From assembly GCA_951406725.2 (NCBI GenBank), contig OX597820.1, positions 70,928,001 through 70,992,000 of the forward strand: a stretch of DNA of 64,000 bases. Reading direction: 5' to 3'. Positions 1-11,122 of this stretch are shown in pieces. This stretch comes from Octopus vulgaris. Taxonomy: Eukaryota. A program made the position numbers and the translations under genes. The notes under the pieces were generated by a model that saw only the letters and a program-made list of their open reading frames with translations, was not told the origin of the DNA and did not search any database. The first letter of the stretch is position 1; every line of letters begins with the position of its first letter.

Positions 1-146
1 GTGTGGTAAGAAGCTTGCTCCCCAAACACATGGTTCTTGGTTTGATCCCATTGCATGGCACCTTGGGCAAGTGTCTTCTATTATAGCCTCCGGCTGACCA
101 AAGCTTGTGAGTGGATTTGGTAGATGGAAATTGAAAGAAGCCCATC

Positions 147-182
<36 letters not shown>

Positions 183-404
183 ATGAATGAATTATCCTTT
201 GTTTACCGTTAACATGGAAAATTCAATAAACAGTTACCAGGGTAGCAAAATTCACGCAAGTAACAAGGATGTAGTGACCTATTCAAAGGTAGAAACTCCG
301 GGTTAATGAGCAGTAATTTGTATAGTATAAGTAAATAAATGGAGTTGAACGCAGGTGTTATTCAAATTCTTTGAATAACACTTGTGTTCAACTCCATTTA
401 TTTA

Positions 405-457
<53 letters not shown>

Positions 458-481
458 TTTATTTAAAAGCAGCAGAAAATT

Positions 482-533
<52 letters not shown>

Positions 534-725
534 TTTGTTCCCCACCACCCCCATCACTTGACAACTGATGTTGTTGTGTTTACATCCATGTAACTTAGCT
601 ATTCAGCAAAAGAGACCCATAGAATAAGTACTAGGCTAACACAGAATAAGTCCTGGGGTCTATTTGTTTGACTTATGGCAGTGCTCCAGCATGGCTCAGT
701 CGAATGACAAACAAATAAAAGAAAT
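1..725 (+). mobile_element. SINE A split at its internal (TA)n by inserted sequence
   Basis: Head at 1-148, tail at 535-725; the 181-410 insert contains a hairpin. Confidence 0.8.
326..410. repeat. Near-perfect palindrome, 41 bp arms, 3 nt loop
   Basis: 326-366 versus 370-410, two mismatches. Confidence 0.95.
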
Positions 726-744
726 AAAAAATATTTATATATAT

Positions 745-1406
745 CTTTCATTTTGTATTTGTTTCAGTCATTAGACTGCGGTCATGTTGGAGCACCACCT
801 TTAGGAATTATTAGTTGAATGGATTGACCCCCAATACTAATTTTTCTTTTTAAGCCTGGTACTTATTTTATCACTCTCTTTTGCTGAACAGCTAAGTTAA
901 TGGGATGTAAACACACCAACACCAGTTGTCAAGTAGTGGCAGGGACAAACACACACTCACACACATGCTTATGCATATATACATTTACAAACATATATAT
1001 GACAGGCTTCTTTCAGTTCTATAAACATCTCCTTCAAGTAAAACCACCAATAGAAGAGAATATGACCAAAAATTGCGTGTACTCCATCCCATGCAGCTGT
1101 GGTAGGTTATAGAAAGGTGAAACATGCTGCCCCCTCAAAACAAGGGTAGACGAACATCGCAAAGCTGTGACACGAGGAAATATTTATAAACCAGGTATAG
1201 CTGATCATGTATGGAAAAATGGAGACCACCTCCCCCTGTGGGATGAAGTTAAAAAAATAATAGACAGAGAACACCACCGGAAAATACAAAGCACATACAC
1301 TAGGACACAACAACCTCCGAAGCAGACCGAGTGCAGATATGAATAGTGGTTAAGAGCGCTGGCTACTAACCCCAAGATTCCAAGTTCGATTCCAGGAAGT
1401 AACCAA

Positions 1407-1450
<44 letters not shown>

Positions 1451-1745
1451 CAACAACAACATCAAAAAATACATTAGGAATGAGAACCCAGGTTTGAAAT
1501 TTTCCCAAGACACCTGGTGAAGCCTGGAGGGTATATCAGCCAAAACATGTTAACAACAAACAAAATGAGGACAATTATCCATCAAATGTAAATAATGTAG
1601 GCTTCTTACAGTTTCCATCTTCCAAATCCAATCACATGGCTTTGGTCAGCTCAAGGCAATAGTAGAGGACACTTAACCCAAGGTGCCACTCTGTGGGACA
1701 GAACCTGCAACCATGTGCTTAGGAAACAAACACATCTATGCCTGT
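745..1745 (-). mobile_element. SINE A interrupted by the Penelope-like insertion
   Basis: Tail half at 745-1018 and head half at 1599-1745, with TSD. Confidence 0.75.
1019..1598 (+). mobile_element. Penelope-like element 3' fragment: GIY-YIG endonuclease remnant, tRNA-like segment and hammerhead-bearing tail; inserted in a SINE
   Basis: KHLLQVKPPIEENMTKNCVYSIPCSCGRL*KGETCCPLKTRVDEHRKAV...GIADHVW (GIY-YIG: VY...Y-x-GET...R-x-x-EH). 15 bp TSD aggcttctt(t/a)cagtt at 1004-1018 and 1599-1613. Confidence 0.85.
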
Positions 1746-1749
1746 ACCT

Positions 1750-1791
<42 letters not shown>

Positions 1792-2022
1792 TCACACAAA
1801 CACACTCTCACACAAACACACTCACACACACTCACATGCACACACACATACATACACACATGCATGTATACATACATACACACACACACATACTCACACA
1901 AACACAAATACGCATACACTCACATGCACACACACATGAACACACATACACACATACACACACACTCACACAAACACAAATACACACACACTCACATGCA
2001 CACATAAACACACACACACACA
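1750..2022. repeat. Degenerate (CA)n tract
   Basis: Direct reading. Confidence 0.95.
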
Positions 2023-2509
2023 TAAGAAAATAAGATGAAAAGAAATAAATGATCATCTTATGAAGTACATTAGATGATTGCTTATGTTTTTTGTCATCTC
2101 ATTTCCTTATTACTGCTCTGTACTCAACTTGCATCTTCTATTATAGCCCTAGGTCGACCAAAAGTGGATTTTGTAGATGAAAACTGAAAACCTATCATAT
2201 TCCTTTATTTCTTTAATTGTTCATGTCATTTGACTGTGGCAATGCAGGAGCGTTGCCTTGAAGGGATTTAGTCGAACAAATCGAGACCCGGGGACATATT
2301 TGTTAAGCCTAGTACTTATTCTATGATCTGTGTAAGCATTCAACTTGTTTGGGCACACTTACATTACAAAACAATTTTAGAATGACTTTTTCCTGTCAAA
2401 ACGCTAAAAGTAACTGAACAAAAAAAAATTAAAAACAAGCAAGATTCAACCAAATAAAAAAATAAACCCAACTACTAAGCAAACAAAGATGAACCATCAT
2501 ACTTCCATT

Positions 2510-2548
<39 letters not shown>

Positions 2549-2869
2549 AACACACACATACACACATATATTCACACAGAGTTGAAACGCTATTTGATTT
2601 ATTTTCTTCAGCATACAATTTTCATCATCTCACTACCTAGTATGAAATTACCCCTTCCTTCATTATTCATCTATTACCCCTTCTCATTCATAAACACAAG
2701 TAGATTATCTTGGTAACTATGGGAGCTATGAAAAAATACAAAGCCCAGCAATACCACCAGATTCTACACATCTGTGTAATTTTTCATGCAATTCCATGCA
2801 TCCGTTTGACCGTGAATCCCAAGACTAGAAAGAATCGCCCATGTCAAATTTATATGTATGTATGTATGT

Positions 2870-2936
<67 letters not shown>

Positions 2937-3302
2937 TTTGAGTAAACCTATCAATATATATATATATGTGTGTATGTATAATTGTTAAAGATGATATATA
3001 TATATATATATATCTTGGAAATCTGCAATGGCTCCATAACTCCATAACATCTTGGCTATAGTCTTGGAGACCTAGTAATCTGTTACAATGCTTATCTACC
3101 ATACCTAATCATTTAGATCACCTTTGAACTAAACCCCCATATTTTATTTATATGTGTATGCATGTATATATACACATACATACATACATACATATATATA
3201 TTTATAATAATAAGAGTGAAAAATTGAATATTAATTTGATTAATATCAATTTAAAACCAGTAGTCTAGCATATTAAAATCTGAAGATTCAGAAAAATTAT
3301 AT

Positions 3303-3544
3303 TACATACATATAAGAGGGATGATCACTACATGGACATTCATTATGCTAGAAGTAGACCTACTATGGTCTTACCACTAAGAAAGGAATTTTCTCAAGAA
3401 AATTTAGCAAGCGCCTGCTTGCTTACGTTCTGGCATTTGCTAAATTTTGTTGAAAACATTCCTTTCTTAGTGGTAAGACCATAGTGGATCTACTTTTAGC
3501 ATAATGAATGTCCATGTAGTGGTCATCCCTCTTATATGTGTGTA
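3303..3544. repeat. Inverted repeat, ~110 bp arms, 16 nt loop
   Basis: 3303-3415 versus 3432-3544. Confidence 0.95.
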
Positions 3545-3638
3545 TATATATATAGATTCAAATGAAAATGGTACCTAAGTTGATACACCAGAATTTAATA
3601 AGGTATTATCCATACAATTTCAAAATAAGGTGATTAAA

Positions 3639-3816
3639 ATCAAAATAAGCAACAAGAGACGTAATGCAGTACGATCGTTTCATGCAACTCCATTTAATTG
3701 AACAATACAATCATGCTCTACATTTTAAATTGATGTAGTGATTGCATTGTTCAATTAAATGGAGTTGCATGAAACGATTGTACTGCATTACCTCCAGATA
3801 TCCTTGTTCCTTATTT

Positions 3817-3820
<4 letters not shown>
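3639..3820. repeat. Inverted repeat, ~75 bp arms
   Basis: GTAATGCAGTACGATCGTTTCATGCAACTCCATTTAATTGAACAAT versus its reverse complement at ~3745-3791. Confidence 0.93.
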
Positions 3821-3865
<45 letters not shown>

Positions 3866-4053
3866 TAGACATTCCTAACACCAACTGCTTTGTATAGTGA
3901 TTTATATTAGGAAGGGCATCCAGCTGTAGAAACCATGCCAAAGCTGACGGTACAGCTTGGCACTCTCTTCTGGCTTGCAAAACCATCTAACCCATACCAC
4001 ATCATGGAAGACAAATGTTAAATGATGATAGTGACTATGATGATGATCATTAT

Positions 4054-4085
<32 letters not shown>

Positions 4086-4537
4086 TCATCATCACTGTCG
4101 TGTCATGTAAGATAATGTATTGAGTTTATATTAAGAAAGATTAAAAAAAAGTCAATAAGTATGTTGTCGAAAATGTGTAAAATACGATCTGTGTGCAAAG
4201 GTCGCCATATAATTATATACTAACGATATATAACAATTATAACAATTGCATTGTAGCTTAGCCATTGTAGCGATTAAAAACAAATATGGTCTGTTGTATT
4301 TGCTTTGTGATTATTTTGCAATAAAGAAATAGACAATTACACATTATTAGGTATCGATGTCTTTCATCGCACACCTGTGACTTATTAACTTGCTACAGAA
4401 CCTCGTAGCATCTGTGAGCTAGGAAAGATATATTGTTGTAGAGTAACAATAACCAGGTCAAAGATGAAATGCTTTGATAGTAAATAATGTACATTACTAC
4501 TACTATTTCTACTACTACTACTACTACTGTTATTATT

Positions 4538-4758
4538 AAGGTGGCGAACTGGCGGAATTGTTAGTACGCTGGACCAAAATCCTTAGTGGCATTTCGTTCG
4601 TCTTTACATTCTGAGTTCAAACTCTGCCATGGTCAACTTTGCCTTCCATCCTTTTGGGGTTGATAAATTAAGTTCCAGTGAAACACTGGGGGTGGGGTCA
4701 ATGCAATCGACTAGTCTCCTTCAACTAAATTTCAGGCAGTGTGCCTTTAATAGAAAGG

Positions 4759-4808
<50 letters not shown>

Positions 4809-4810
4809 TA
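4538..4810 (+). mobile_element. tRNA-derived SINE, family B, with (ATT)n tail
   Basis: CTGGCGGAATTGTTAG (A-box), GAGTTCAAACTC (B-box), core GTCAACTTTGCCTTCCATCCTTTTGGGGTTGATAAATTAAG. Confidence 0.8.
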
Positions 4811-4825
4811 CTACTATTACTACTC

Positions 4826-5198
4826 CCTTTTACTCTTTTACTTGTTTCCGTCATTTGACTGCGGCCATGCTGGAGCACTGCCTTTTAGTCAAGCAAATCA
4901 ACCCCCAGGACTTATTCTTTGGAAACCTAGTACTTATTCTATCGGTCTCTTTTGCTGAACCACTAAGTTACAAAGATGTAAATACACCAGTATCGGTTGT
5001 CAAGCGATGTTGCGGGGACAAACACAGACACAGAAACATATACACACACATACATATATACGACAGGCTTCTTTCAGTTTCCATCTACCAAATCCACTCA
5101 CAAGGCTTTGGTCGGCCAAGGCTATAGTTCAGTGAGAATGAACCCGGAATCATGTGGTTGGTAAGCAAGCTACTTACTACACAGCCACTCCTGCACCT
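4826..5198 (-). mobile_element. SINE A
   Basis: Reverse complement of 5905-6347 with a small deletion. Confidence 0.85.
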
Positions 5199-5904
5199 AC
5201 ATTATTATTATTATTATTATTATTATTATCATTATTATTATTATTCTATGTTTGACTTTTGCTTTATATTTGTACAAGTTGGCTCCAAGTCTCACCCAGA
5301 GACCTCAAGAGACAACAGGTTGGAAGTTCATGTTGTTGTTATGCCTAGTGGGGTTTTTTTGGTGTTGTACTAATGAGCGTCTAAAAAAAAAATCATTATT
5401 ATTATTATTATAATCACAAAAGAAAAAATTAAGAATATAACAAACAGTAGATGTGTATTTCTAATAACTCATAATGCAATTGTTATGGTGTGAGCAAATT
5501 CACTTGCAACAGAAGTGCAAGTCAGGAATGGGAAATATAATTAAACTAGCTGGCAAACACACGCACACATTCACATATCTCCCTTTTACATACACACACA
5601 TATACTCACATAGCGTTGAAATGCTCCCACTACTAAGTTTGCCATCACCCCTTCCTTCCTTATTCCTCTATCACCCCTTCCTTTTTCATTCATGTGTTGT
5701 GATAGAGAAAAACTTAAGAGTATTATTATAGTAAATAATTACCAATAAACACTCACATACACACACACACACACACAGCAGCCAGTTCTCTCTCACATCA
5801 CACCTTCCTATCATTTTCATTCGCTTCCTCTCCTCCTCCTCCTCCTCATCATCATCATCATCATCATCACACCACCACCACCATCATCATTGCCAACTCT
5901 CACC

Positions 5905-6076
5905 AGGTGCAGGAGTGGCTGTGTGGTAAGTAGCTTGCTTACCAAACACATGGTTCCAGGTTCATTCCCACTGTGTGGTGCCTTGGGCAAGTGTCTTCTG
6001 CTATAGCCTCAGGCTGACCAAAGCCTTGTGAGTGGATTTGGTTGACAGAAACTGAAAGAAGCCTGTCATATATATG

Positions 6077-6109
<33 letters not shown>

Positions 6110-6347
6110 ACATGTTTGTGTCTTTGTTTGTCCTCCAACGTCGCTTGACAACTGATGGTGGTGTGTTTACGTCCCCCGTAACTTAGCAATTTGGCAAAAG
6201 AGACTGCTAGAATAAGTACTAGACTTCTAAAGAAGCTTATCCAAAGAATAAGTCCTGGGGTCGATTTGCTCGACTAAAGGTGGTGCTCCAGTATAGCCGC
6301 AGTCAAATGACTGAAATTAGTAAAAGAGTAAAAGAGTAAAGAGAGAG
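5905..6347 (+). mobile_element. tRNA-derived SINE, family A (full length)
   Basis: A-box TGGCTGTGTGGTAAG, B-box-like GGTTCATTCCC, internal (TA)n(TG)n, tail GGTGCTCCAGTATAGCCGCAGTCAAATGACTGAAA...(TAAAAGAG)n. Many further copies in the window. Confidence 0.85.
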
Positions 6348-6351
6348 TGAC

Positions 6352-6382
<31 letters not shown>

Positions 6383-6627
6383 CTACCACCACCACCAGTA
6401 CTAGTGAGGGTGCCTTTGCCTTATGCTTCATAAGACCAAGGAATTCTTGCAACTCCATAGTTTTCCATTGTCTTGAACATTGCTTGTCCTACACAAGCGA
6501 TGTTCGAGAAAATAACAGGATGGTCATGGTTGGAATGCCATCATATGTCTACTCACTCAAATCATATCTTACAGAAGATGGGAAAACACAATCTTTAAAG
6601 GTCTGATGAGAATAGCTGTGTGAAAAA

Positions 6628-6810
6628 TGGCTGGGTCTTCTCAAGCACATCATATTTCCAAAGGTCTCTGTCACTAGTCATTGCCTCAGTGAGGCCTAAT
6701 GTTCGAAGGTTGTGCTTCACCACCTCGTCCCAGGTCTTCCTGGATCTACCTCTTCCACAAGTTCCCTCAACCGCTAGGGTGTGGCACTTTTTCACACAGC
6801 TATTCTCATC
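6628..6810 (-). mobile_element. RTE LINE 3' coding fragment
   Basis: Nearly identical to 8123-8302 (DENSCVKKCHTLAVEGTCGRGRSRKTWDEVVKH...). Confidence 0.88.
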
Positions 6811-7314
6811 CAGACCTTTAAAGATTGTGTTTTCCCATCTTCTGAGGGAAAACACAATCTTTAAAGGTCTGAGGCTTACAACAACAATGTTCAGGTATAT
6901 TGAGATTTACATGCCACAGTCTCCTCCACTGAATTGGTGAGCAAGCCAACATTCCCTCTGAATGGGATGCCAGTTCATTGCAGAATTACTCATTTGCTGC
7001 TTTACAGCTGCGTGGACTGTGGCAACATGAAATGAAGTGTTTTGCTCTGGGAATTGAAACCATAATCTCATGGTTATGAGTGCAACATGCCTAACCAATA
7101 GGCCATGCACCTTCACTCACTCACACTGACACTCACACTGACACTCACACACACATACACGGGAGTGGTTGGTGTTAGGAAGGGCATCGAGCTGTAAAAT
7201 CCCTGCCAAAATAGATACAGTAGCCTAGGGCGGGTTTTTCTGCCTGGCCAGCTCCTGTCAGCCATCCTACCTATGGATGCATGGAAGATGGATGTTAAAC
7301 GATGATGATGATGA

Positions 7315-7358
<44 letters not shown>

Positions 7359-7376
7359 TGCTGTATTTAGGAATGG

Positions 7377-7430
<54 letters not shown>

Positions 7431-7802
7431 GTATGTATGTATGTATGTACGTATGTAATTTATGTATGTATGTATAAAGATAGAACATTCATACTCATGA
7501 AAGACAAAATTAATAGATATTTATAAAAGAATTATATATAACAAGTGCGGTTTTTTTTTAAAGAAACACCATCTTTGCTAAAAATAGGTGTCAAAACAAT
7601 CTGAAACCACAAAACTTAACACTATATTTTCATAGGCATGTGAAAAAAAAAACTAAAAAATAAAGTGAAATAAGGATTGCATCTTTCCTCTGCAAAATTG
7701 CAAGAAGGAATGTCAGCTAATTTGATATCATGATTTCAAATTTAGCGCCAAAATATGCTTGATTCTCCTGAGCCAAGTCTACTAATAACAAACTCTTATA
7801 TC

Positions 7803-7972
7803 GTTCTATATTTAAGAGATGAGGAATTATGTACATTATTTACATTTGACAGATATTTGTCCTCATCTTGTTTGTTGTTAACACAACATTTTGGCTGATA
7901 TACCCTCCAGCCTTCATCAGTTGTTTGGGGGAAATTTCAAACCTGGGTTCTCATTCCTAAGGTATTTTTCGA
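7803..7972 (-). mobile_element. Tail of the PLE-associated hammerhead element (copy 2)
   Basis: Reverse complement matches 1460-1598 (AAATACCTTAGGAATGAGAACCCAGG...CTGATGAAGGCTGGAGGGTATATCAGCC...ATGTAAATAATGTAC). Confidence 0.8.
7880..7925 (-). ncRNA. Degenerate minimal hammerhead in PLE-associated tail
   Basis: AACAA CTGATGA A GGCTG GAGGGTATAT CAGCC AAAA TGTT GTGTT (G12>A). Sister copies at 1509-1551 (+) and 31510-31555 (-, GAAA intact). Confidence 0.6.
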
Positions 7973-7974
7973 TG

Positions 7975-9115
7975 TCAGTCATCGAATTTGATTTCGATTT
8001 TGATTTCACTTGCCTCAACAGGTCTTCGCAAGCAGAGTTTAGTGTCCAGTGAAGAAAGGTATGCATAAGTGGGCTGGTTACACCCCTGGCATGGGCCACA
8101 AATTATGGTTTCACTTGGCTTTCTGGGTCTTCTCAAGCACATCATATTTCCAAAGGTCTCTGTCACTAGTCATTGCCTCAGTGAGGCCTAATGTTCAAAG
8201 GTTGTGCTTCACCACCTCGTCCCAGGTCTTCCTGGATCTACCTCTTCCACAAGTTCCCTCAACCACTAGGGTGTGGCACTTTTTCACACAGCTATTCTCA
8301 TCCATTCTTGCCACATGACCATATGAGCGCAGTTGTCTCTCTTGCACACCACATCTAATGCTCCTTAGGTCCAACTTTTCTCTCAAGGTACTAACATTTT
8401 GTCGAGTATGCACACTGACATGACACATCCAGCGGAGCATACTGGCTTCATTCCTTGCAAGCTTACGCATGTCCTCAGCAGTCATGGCCCATGTTTCACT
8501 GCCATGTAGCATGGCTGTTCATACACATGCATCATATAGTCTACCTTTTACTCTGAGTGAGAGGCCCTTTGTCAGCAGCAGAAGTAAGTGCTCTCTGAAC
8601 TTTGCTCAGGTTATTCTTATTCTAGTAACTACACTTTCAGTGCACCCTCCCCCGCTACTGACTTGGTCACCTAGATAGCGGAAGCTATCAACTACTTCTA
8701 GTTTTTTTCCCTGGAATGTGACAGAAGTTGTTCTCTGCACATTTTCAGTGTTTATTGCTCCTGAGCATCTGCCACATACAAAAACTATCTTCCCAGTTAG
8801 CCTTCCTTTGATATCACTGCACCTCTTATGTGTCCATAGCTTACACTGGGTACATCTTATAGAGTTTCTACCTACCCTTTTTCTACAGATCGAGTAGGGC
8901 CATCTACCTGAAGGGATTTGTGGTTTGCCTGCCTTCCTACATATTAGGACTTTGGTTTTAGCTAGGTTGACTCTAAGGCCCTTCAATTCTAATCCTTGTT
9001 TCCACACTTGAAACTTCTCCTCTAGTTCTGATAGTGACTCAACAATTAGAGCAAGGTCATCAGCATAGAGGAGCTCCCAGGGGCATCCTGTCTTGAATTC
9101 CTCAGTTATTGCCTG
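7975..9115 (-). mobile_element. RTE-clade LINE, 5'-truncated (RT C-terminal half and 3' region)
   Basis: GCPWELLYADDL (RT catalytic motif), WKQGLELKGLRVNLAKTKVL, Cys-rich finger, DSFRYLGD, MLHGSETWA, RQLRSYGHVARM, GRGRSRKTW. Confidence 0.92.
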
Positions 9116-9122
9116 TGAATTC

Positions 9123-9162
<40 letters not shown>

Positions 9163-9166
9163 CACA

Positions 9167-9392
9167 TGAAGTGGGGGGGAGGCTGAAAATTGTTCCTGGA
9201 TTTGGATAAAAGCAAATACAGGAGGATCAGTTAATTATGATTATATTTAATATATTCCCTTCTCAGGTTCACACAGTTATTTTAGTGGTTCTTCAGTTTT
9301 TCAAAGCCTTGTAAAAGAACTCAGAAGGTTGACCCTCCAACCAGACATTTCACGATGCCCTTAAAACCAGGAACTTTACAGCACTCCTCTCA
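9167..9392 (-). mobile_element. Mariner-derived MITE
   Basis: Imperfect TIRs (GGGGGAGGCTGAAAATTGTTCCTGG / CCAGGAACTTTACAGCACTCCTC). The interior resembles a mariner transposase C-terminus on - (WLEGQPSEFFYKAL...). Sits between microsatellite tracts. Confidence 0.7.
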
Positions 9393-9427
<35 letters not shown>

Positions 9428-9457
9428 ATTGACACACACAAACTGATACACACACAT

Positions 9458-9529
<72 letters not shown>

Positions 9530-10005
9530 CTTGTGTTGATGATTACATTGAAAGTGTTTATGATATGGTCCTGTTGAGCAGACAGATGATTATCAATGAA
9601 GTGGTAATTAATATGCAAAATAGCTGTCATGATTCCATGATTCTAATTATGAAATCATCCATAGCAGACTTGCTTTTAGTTTACGTAAGATGGAACCCCA
9701 ATGTAACTCACAGAATTGTACAAAGAAAACTGATTTGAAATCTGCCAACATCTTCTGATTCACTAAAGTCATGAAGGTGACACCATTTTGGAACGAAAAA
9801 TATCATCAGTGGTAATGAAATATGATTGCACCACTATACACTTGGGAATAAATGCCAAAGGAGGGACTGGAAACATCTGCAACTACCAGTGGGAAAAAGT
9901 TCAAACCTCAACCAAGCTGGTAAACTATGTCTACTGTATTTTGATGGGACCCACAGGGACCAATGCTGAAGCATTGTTTGAAGAGATACACAAAAGTAAA
10001 AAAAT
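9530..10005 (+). pseudogene. Degraded mariner transposase fragment
   Basis: Frameshifted translation DDYIESVYDMVLLSRQMIINEV...YEIIHSRL...EGDTILER...WKHLQLPVG-KFKPQP-AGK-MSTVF-WDPQGPMLKHCL, matching mariner HTH and AGKVM-x-TVFWD motifs. Confidence 0.8.
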
Positions 10006-10504
10006 GAAATGAGACAACTGGGTGTAGCTGTTTGAATCCTGATGATTTGGCTCGGCTGACTGGATGTGTGAATGGGTTTGATGACAGTACTTTTTAGCAC
10101 TGGAGGTAAACAAAGTCACACACACACACACATGCAAGGAGGAATACACACTTATAGATAAAAAGAGGGAGAGAGAGAGAGGGAGGGAGAGAAAGACAGA
10201 AAAGAAACATTATAATTTATTAATTGAACACAATTGACATACGCACTTTCTCTTGTCTCATACTCTTACAGAGACATGTGCTTACACACATATAAAAAGA
10301 ATATGAGAGAAAGAGAGAGAGAGAGAGAGACAGAAAAATGGATAGACAGACAGACAGAGACAGAGATAAAGAGAAGGACAGAGACAGTCAAAAGAAAGAG
10401 AGAGGAGAGACAGAACAAAAGGCAGACAGAGACAGAGACAGACACAAAGACAGACATATAGAGAGGAGAGAGAAAGCCAGAGAAACATAATAGTAGAGAG
10501 AAAT

Positions 10505-11122
10505 GTTGGTTTCAAATTTTGGCACAATGCCAGCAGTTTTGGAGGAGGATCCAAGTTGATTAATCAGACCCAGTCTTCGACTGGTGCTTATTTTATCAAC
10601 CCTGAAAAGATGAAAGGTAAAGCTGACTCTGGTGGCATTTGAACTCAGGAAGTAAAGTCAGAAGAAATGCCACTAAACATTTTTCCTAGATGTGATGACA
10701 ATCTTATTTCCTTATTGCCCACAAGGGGCTAAACCCAGAGGGGACAAACAAGGACAGACAAACGGATTAAGTCGATTACATCGACCTCAGTGCATAACTG
10801 ATACTTAATTTATCGACCCTGAAAGGATGAAAGGCAAAGTTGACCACGGCAGAATTTGAACTCAGAACGTAACGGCAGACGAAATACCTATTTCTTTATT
10901 GCCCACAAGGGGCTAAACCCAGAGGGGACAAACAAGGACGGACACATGGATTAAGTCGTTTACATCGACTCCAGTGCGTAACTGGTACTTATTTAATCAA
11001 CCCCAAAAGGATGAAAGGCAAAGTCGACCTCGGCGGAATTTGAACTCAGAATGTAACAGCAGACCAAATACGGCTACACATTTCACCCGGCGTGTTAACG
11101 ATTCTGCCAGCTCACTGCCTTA
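10505..11122 (-). mobile_element. Cluster of three family-B SINE units (tandem or nested)
   Basis: Core GAAAGGATGAAAGGCAAAGTCGACCTCGGCGGAATTTGAACTCAGAA occurs three times. Confidence 0.82.

Noticed and set aside
4350-4392. Possible very decayed hammerhead on - (TTAATAA-GTCACAGGTGTGCGAT-GAAA)
   Set aside because: The core has too many substitutions and stem III is not evident.
6603-6609. CTGATGA as a hammerhead core
   Set aside because: Created at a rearrangement junction (the inverted copy reads CTGGATGA); no stem II, GAAA and stem III arrangement follows.
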